NCBI GenBank assembly: GCA_963697895.1
Contig: OY969100.1
Coordinates: 864,001-928,000 of the forward strand
DNA: 64,000 nt
Source: an uncultured Methanomicrobiales archaeon
GTDB taxonomy: Archaea > Halobacteriota > Methanomicrobia > Methanomicrobiales > Methanospirillaceae
Direction of reading: 5' to 3'
Every line of letters starts with the position of its first letter. Position 1 is the first letter of the stretch. The notes under the pieces were generated by a model. The model made no database searches. It saw nothing but the letters and a program-made list of their open reading frames with translations, and had not been told where the DNA came from. Position numbers and translations under genes: made by a program. Below are positions 58,821-64,000 of this stretch, piece after piece.

Positions 58821-59004
58821 TCGCCGGTTCTCCCTTTTGCGGCTCAACAGAGCGGTACCTTCAGGGGATGCGCTCCCTCACGTATTCTGATCGAGAATTT
58901 CGCCGATAGTAATCCCTGCTTCGATCTTCCCCAGTTTATCCTCGTATTTTCCTGCCCGGAGAACTTTCTGACCCGACCGGTTGCCGACGCGATCTTCATG
59001 ATTT

Positions 59005-60300
59005 CTATTTTTCCTTCCGGGGATCGGGGTGCGGGGTTCTCATCCGGGTCGGGAGTTCCACGACCTCTCTTCTTTCCGGGGCTTCCGGGGATAGGATCGC
59101 GACTTTCCGGGCGTACCGGTCGATGAGAGGTGCAGCGCTGATTCCATGGGCAAAGACGCTGATAAGAATCGTCGTTGCGACCACCACTCCTATCGTCCCC
59201 AGACCGGGTAACTCCGGCGCCTCGTCTAATACGATGAGCAAAAGAACGATAGATGCGAGTCCCCGCGGACCAAACCAGCCGATGAAACCCACCGAAGTGC
59301 GCTGTAACCGCGTTCCGATAAGAGAGATCGCCACCGGGACCATCCGGATAACAGTAAGGCTCAATACCGCATAGAAGATTACCGCAACGGTGATCCCGGA
59401 GAGAGAGTTTGCAAAGACGATCCCGAAGATGAAGAAGACGCCGAGACTTAGGATCTGTGCCCCGGTCTCGGTGAATTCGATCACCGCCTCCCCTACATAT
59501 TTTCCCGTTGCTGCGGTAACCATACCCCCGATAAAAGCGGCGATGAAACCGCTGCCCCCGACCGCATCTGCCGCGATGAACGAGATAAGGGCGAGGGCGA
59601 GGAACCCGATCCAGGCGAATCTTCCCTTCATATACCCCCTCTGGATGGCGGCATTCACCAGGTACCCGCCGACCAGGCCCACGGCTGCCCCCACCAGAAT
59701 CCCGAGCCCGATCTGTTCGACCGCAATGACAACTCCGGTCGCGAGAGGATAGTTGAATACCTCGGTTGTTGCGATTATCAGAAAGAATGCAAAGAACGGG
59801 ATTGCTCCACCGTCATTAAGTCCGCTCTCCACGTTCAGGGCCTGGCGTATTCGAACCGGGATCTTCGGGCTGTTCACGATCGCCTGTCCAAGGCCCGCAT
59901 CCGTGGGGGCAAGAATGGCCCCGATAAGTGCGGCTTCGGCAAGGGCAATACTGGTAAAGATCGCGATTGCGGCAAGAGCACCGGCAAAGATCGTGATCGG
60001 AAGGCCGATGAGCAGCAACCGGGAGGGGAGCTGACCGTTCCCCTTCAGTGCCCGGAGATCGATACGCGCAGCATCTGAGAAGAGCACCAGGACCAGCGCG
60101 ATCTCGGCAATTACCAGGATCAACCCGCTGTTGGCACTGAGCGTGATGATATCGAATCCGTCCGGGCTGAGAAGGAGCCCGGCCGCGACAAAGACCATCG
60201 GGGCCGTAATGACGGTTCCCTCAAGACGGTTTGAGATCAGTGAGTACAGGAACATGATGATCGAGAAAAGAATAATAACGACGAGGAGGGGTGGCAGCAT
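59005..60300 (-). CDS. CPA1 (NhaP-like) cation:proton antiporter
   Basis: LVLFSDA, RLL.IGLP.T, LAPTDA.LG, LNVESGLNDG, SGFIAAF..G, GWFGPRGLAS. Confidence 0.92.
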   Translation of the reverse strand: MLPPLLVVIILFSIIMFLYSLISNRLEGTVITAPMVFVAAGLLLSPDGFDIITLSANSGLILVIAEIALVLVLFSDAARIDLRALKGNGQLPSRLLLIGLPITIFAGALAAIAIFTSIALAEAALIGAILAPTDAGLGQAIVNSPKIPVRIRQALNVESGLNDGGAIPFFAFFLIIATTEVFNYPLATGVVIAVEQIGLGILVGAAVGLVGGYLVNAAIQRGYMKGRFAWIGFLALALISFIAADAVGGSGFIAAFIGGMVTAATGKYVGEAVIEFTETGAQILSLGVFFIFGIVFANSLSGITVAVIFYAVLSLTVIRMVPVAISLIGTRLQRTSVGFIGWFGPRGLASIVLLLIVLDEAPELPGLGTIGVVVATTILISVFAHGISAAPLIDRYARKVAILSPEAPERREVVELPTRMRTPHPDPRKEK

Positions 60301-60915
60301 ATCCGGACTTCCCTGTACAGAGCATGAGGGGATATGAGGCGGAATTATTTAAAGCGTATGAAACGAGGTTTTTCCGACATTCATGGGGGTGTGAGATCGG
60401 GACAGTCAGAATTTATCACCGACCCGGGTCCCTGATGCATCCTGAAACAAGATGATTTACAAAGAGCAAATCTGCTCTGAAGTTTTACACCTTTATTTTT
60501 TTGGTCTTTTCATCCTTTTGCTTTTTATTCCTGCACGTATCTGTCGCGCTCCCGGCTGCGGATTGGTTCCCTGATTTTTTCTTAGAAATTAAACTTTTTA
60601 TATTTACTTCATTTACCCGAGGATCCCGGGCTGCATGGTTTTTTAGTCCGGCAAAACCGGGTGTAAGAAAAATTGTCCTGCCATTCCGATCGATCCGCCA
60701 GGGTTGTTTTTTGGAAAAATAGGCAGTACAAGTGCCTGAATTTAGATAAACCCCCTGCTAATTTCGATTATTTATTGACGGGAATTAATTCACCGGGCCT
60801 ATCAGGGGATGTATACCGAAGTATCTTTCGCAGTTCCCCGGACCCGGGACAAAGTGAGCCGGATTTCCGAAAGGTATATATATTCATCCGTGCACTCTTG
60901 TTTTGAGGTGGCATA

Positions 60916-61122
60916 ATGGCTGATTTACCTATTGCTGCAGTTATTAGAATTGCAAAGAAGAGTGGTGCAGAAAGAGTCGGCAGCGACGCAGCTACTGCAC
61001 TGGTTGAGAAGACCGAAGATTATATCGCAAACCTGGTCAAGGAAGCGAACCGGCTCGCGATGCATGCGGGAAGGAAGACGATCAAGGAAGAGGATGTTGA
61101 ACTTGCGGTAAAATCCGCATAA
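60916..61122 (+). CDS. Archaeal histone (HMf family)
   Basis: MADLPIAAV.RI.K..GAERV..DA...L......A.HAGRKTIK.ED; GAGGTG RBS and TATATA box upstream. Confidence 0.96.
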   Translation: MADLPIAAVIRIAKKSGAERVGSDAATALVEKTEDYIANLVKEANRLAMHAGRKTIKEEDVELAVKSA

Positions 61123-61329
61123 CTTCTTCATTTATTCTGAAAATTGTTTTTCCATTTTTCATTATATCGGAAATGTTCATTTTACCCGATCGGGAATAAC
61201 TGGTTGGGAACACAGTGGATCACCTTTCATCCGTAAATGCAGGACAGTCGCATGTCTCTGCTGTATAAATTTTCCGTAATTTTGAAAATGAAGGATAATC
61301 TTTAAATATTTACTATGCGCTGAATTTAG

Positions 61330-61923
61330 GTGGTGATGTATATGACAGAACAAATGACATCTGCCGAGATGGGAATCTGCAAAGTCAAATGGGGCGGATT
61401 CGCCTTTCTCGGAATTCTCGGTATCATATTTGGTATTCTCATGATTCTCTACCCGCAGATCACCACGCTGCTTGTCGTGGTGCTGTTCGGGGTTATTGTA
61501 TTGATCCTTTCACTTCTCGCCCTGATCGCGGTTCTTCAGGCACCCGTCGGGGCAAAAGGCACTATGTGGTTGCTCCTCGGAGCAGTGTTGGGTTTCATCA
61601 TCGGTATTGCGTGTTTCGTGGTCCCGCAGGTCATCGCAGGGGTTCTCACGATCATCATCGCCATCGCCCTCTTCATCATCGGTATTCTCTACATGATCTG
61701 GTCTATCACGGAGAAGATGATGGCACACCGCTGGCTCCTCTTCCTCATCGGTCTTCTTTCGTTCATATTCGCGATCCTGTTCCTGATCTATCCGTTAATC
61801 GGGGCGGTCATAATCTTCGGAGTACTGGTCGGCATTTACTTTGTGATCTATGGTATACTCAGCCTCATTGCAGGCCTCATGATCCGGAAGTACCAGAAAG
61901 GGTGCACGACAAAGGGCATGTAA
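61330..61923 (+). CDS. HdeD/DUF308 family membrane protein
   Basis: W.....GIL.IIFGI....P repeats; about 6 TM. Confidence 0.85.
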   Translation: MVMYMTEQMTSAEMGICKVKWGGFAFLGILGIIFGILMILYPQITTLLVVVLFGVIVLILSLLALIAVLQAPVGAKGTMWLLLGAVLGFIIGIACFVVPQVIAGVLTIIIAIALFIIGILYMIWSITEKMMAHRWLLFLIGLLSFIFAILFLIYPLIGAVIIFGVLVGIYFVIYGILSLIAGLMIRKYQKGCTTKGM

Positions 61924-62195
61924 TACCCGATTATACTTTTTTTAACTCATTTTCCGGACCACCTGAGACCAACCAAAGGGCCGCGACCTACAAGAAGGAG
62001 GTCCCTGCCTGGCTCATGGGGGATCGATCGGAGACCTGGCCAGATGTATCCTACTTCCCATTTATCATTTTTTTTCATGATCACCTAATATTCAACTTTA
62101 AATCGGGTTCATGGGTTTTTTCCGGTTAAAGCGAATCCCTTCTTTCCTCCAATCGGGATATCATATTTTAAATACCCGGTGGATGATCCTCCTCC

Positions 62196-62672
62196 ATGCA
62201 ACCATCAGTCTGGATACTGGGATGTCTCCTCATCGCGGGTGCAATTGTAATCTCGGGGTGTAGCGCATTCGTAAAGACCCCCGACGTCTCGGTGCAGCAG
62301 GTCACCCTTGCCTCGGTGAACCTGACCGATCTTTCGCTCGACGTGACGCTTGCAGTGGATAACCCGAATTCTTTCGGTATTACCCTCAAATCACTTTCAT
62401 TCGATGTATATTACCTGAAGGACAATGCCTGGGTCTACCTCACCCACGGGGAACAGGCCGGTATCCAGATCCCGCCGGGGACGAGCATGATCACGATCCC
62501 GGTTTCAATTAAAAACGCAGACCTGATCGGTTCCCTGATCAGTTTCGTCAGCCAGGGGGAGATCACGATCCAGATCCGGGGAATCGCATCGCCGGACATC
62601 TTTGGCATTGAACCATCCATCCCGTTCACCCATACTACTACCGTCCCTCTTCGTCTGGGAACGCAGGGCTAA
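62196..62672 (+). CDS. LEA type 2 / WHy-domain lipoprotein
   Basis: Lipobox SGC, P.V.V..V, L.V.NPN.F.I. Confidence 0.88.
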   Translation: MQPSVWILGCLLIAGAIVISGCSAFVKTPDVSVQQVTLASVNLTDLSLDVTLAVDNPNSFGITLKSLSFDVYYLKDNAWVYLTHGEQAGIQIPPGTSMITIPVSIKNADLIGSLISFVSQGEITIQIRGIASPDIFGIEPSIPFTHTTTVPLRLGTQG

Positions 62673-62808
62673 GCCGAAAGGGGAAATTCATCTGAAGGGT
62701 ATGCAATAGTAACATATTTAATCCATAATGTAAAATATGTTTTACAATCGGGTGCATCCGGTCCGTTGAACCGTGCCGGTGCATCCGGAATCCAACGAGG
62801 AATTATCC

Positions 62809-63213
62809 ATGAAAACAAAAATCGCACTGTTCGCTTGCGCCATGGTATGCATGGTAGGGATGCTGGTGCTCCCGGTATCGGCAGCGATCGGCCAGCCGTC
62901 CGGAAATCCGATCAACGAGAGTCTTAAAAACGATCTCTGGAACGTGCACGCACACCACCGGCTCGCCGCGTTTGAAAATAACGTGAATTCGACCGGAGGC
63001 GCGATCGCCGTTCTCAACCAGTACAATTATGATACCACCATCCTCGGGGCTATACACAAGAACATCAGCGGGAAGCATGATGCACTGCAGACAGCCCTGC
63101 AGAATGAAGACCGGGATCAACTGCGCACAATCAATACCGAGCTGAAAGGCCAGTGGAAGGACTTTGGCAAGGAGATGCGCCAGCTGATACGGAATAGCAC
63201 GCAAACCGCGTAA
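62809..63213 (+). CDS. Secreted helical hypothetical protein
   Basis: GAGG RBS, MKTK signal peptide ending PVSA; amphipathic helices. Confidence 0.75.
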   Translation: MKTKIALFACAMVCMVGMLVLPVSAAIGQPSGNPINESLKNDLWNVHAHHRLAAFENNVNSTGGAIAVLNQYNYDTTILGAIHKNISGKHDALQTALQNEDRDQLRTINTELKGQWKDFGKEMRQLIRNSTQTA

Positions 63214-63225
63214 TCCCGACAGACC

Positions 63226-63247
63226 GGAAAGGGGTGAATACCCTTCC
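63226..63247 (+). terminator. Hairpin downstream of the secreted protein (putative terminator)
   Basis: GGAAAGGGGT-GAAT-ACCCTTCC imperfect stem followed by pyrimidine/T-rich sequence. Confidence 0.35.
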
Positions 63248-63535
63248 TCCGCTTTTAAACCCTTATGTTCACCCCCATCGGGAGGATCTTTTCAGAGAAA
63301 GCCATGAGGTCCGGCGGGTTACCCGTTTCCTTGAAGACACCGGATCCGGCAGTTTGTCCGTTTCAGTGAAGAAACGGGATCGTCAGGTGCTTTTTCATTC
63401 AGATTTCCAGCTCCCGGTACTGATCCTCACGGGTTAAAGACGTTCTCCCCCGAGCCGATAACGGGGAACCGGGGAAGCCTTTTTCGTATTGGATGACGCC
63501 CGTATTTTCACGGAACTCCCGGGGGGCTGAACGGA

Positions 63536-64000
63536 TTGAACGGGCAACAGCACGATCCCGCCGGAATGGGCGGGCGACCGATGGCGGGCGGTCACCGGCA
63601 TATGCTAGAGGACTTCCGGAGACGGTTCATCGTCTCCCTGGTCCTGACCATCCCCATCCTTATTCTCTCCCCCTCTTTCCTGTCTTTCTTCGGCATAACG
63701 TTCAGCTTCCCGGGTTCGAATTTCATCCTCCTCGTCCTTTCCACTGCTATCTATGCGTACGGCGGGTACCCGTTCCTGAAGGGGTTCGTGCAGGAGATAC
63801 GGGAACGCCTGCCAGGAATGATGACCCTGATCGCAGTAGCGATCAGCGTTGCCTACTTCTTCAGTGCAGCGGTCGTTCTCGGCGCGGTCCACGGGGACCC
63901 GTTCTTCTGGGAACTGGCAACCCTGATCGACGTGATGCTCCTCGGGCACTGGCTGGAGATGCGGTCCGTGCTCGGTGCTTCCCGGGCGCTCGAGGAGCTG
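63536..64000 (+). CDS. copB: P1B-type heavy-metal (CopB-like) ATPase, 3' truncated by window edge
   Basis: His/Met-rich N-terminus, DFRRRF..SL.LTIP, YGG.PF..G...E....PGMMTLIA.AI.VAY, FFWELATLI..MLLGHWLEM; start TTG 63536 or ATG 63566/63581. Confidence 0.88.
   Translation, partial: MNGQQHDPAGMGGRPMAGGHRHMLEDFRRRFIVSLVLTIPILILSPSFLSFFGITFSFPGSNFILLVLSTAIYAYGGYPFLKGFVQEIRERLPGMMTLIAVAISVAYFFSAAVVLGAVHGDPFFWELATLIDVMLLGHWLEMRSVLGASRALEEL

Noticed and set aside
1-64000. CRISPR arrays, rRNA, transposases, selenocysteine/pyrrolysine read-through
   Set aside because: No regularly spaced repeats, rRNA-like blocks or transposase motifs seen by eye; interrupted genes are explained by frameshifts rather than in-frame TGA/TAG

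Overview
A gene-dense, GC-rich archaeal chromosome segment from a methanogen, most likely Methanomicrobiales (Methanolinea/Methanoregula-like). This placement is inferred from mfnB, an archaeal histone, TFE, Trm56, a class I CCA enzyme, the DUF39-CBS/NIL-ferredoxin homocysteine genes and PGF-CTERM surface proteins. Most of it is housekeeping (valS, alaS, guaB, tmk, hisH, cca, thpR, ychF, nrdH-nrdD, hppA, tRNA-Leu(GAG)). There is a surface-protein-rich accessory stretch at about 21.4-29.5 kb and a stress/metal/ion stretch at about 47-64 kb (ahbDABC, double-cubane protein plus activator, cupredoxin, antiporters, CopB-like ATPase). I found no CRISPR array, rRNA, integrase or transposase. Several single-base frameshifts between 5.6 and 19 kb look like consensus errors. 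The most notable observations are: (1) a class III ribonucleotide reductase that, even after frame repair, ends without its Zn/glycyl-radical domain, suggesting a split enzyme; (2) a 2H-phosphodiesterase/calcineurin-like phosphoesterase fusion inside the homocysteine cluster; (3) a 27-aa histone-H1-like microprotein gene, absent from the ORF track, with its own promoter and RBS; (4) a 41-aa ORF coupled by ATGA overlaps at both ends between ahbB and ahbC; (5) an apparent CTG start on the double-cubane activator; (6) candidate operator sites. All functional calls come from motif recognition by eye; no database searches were run.
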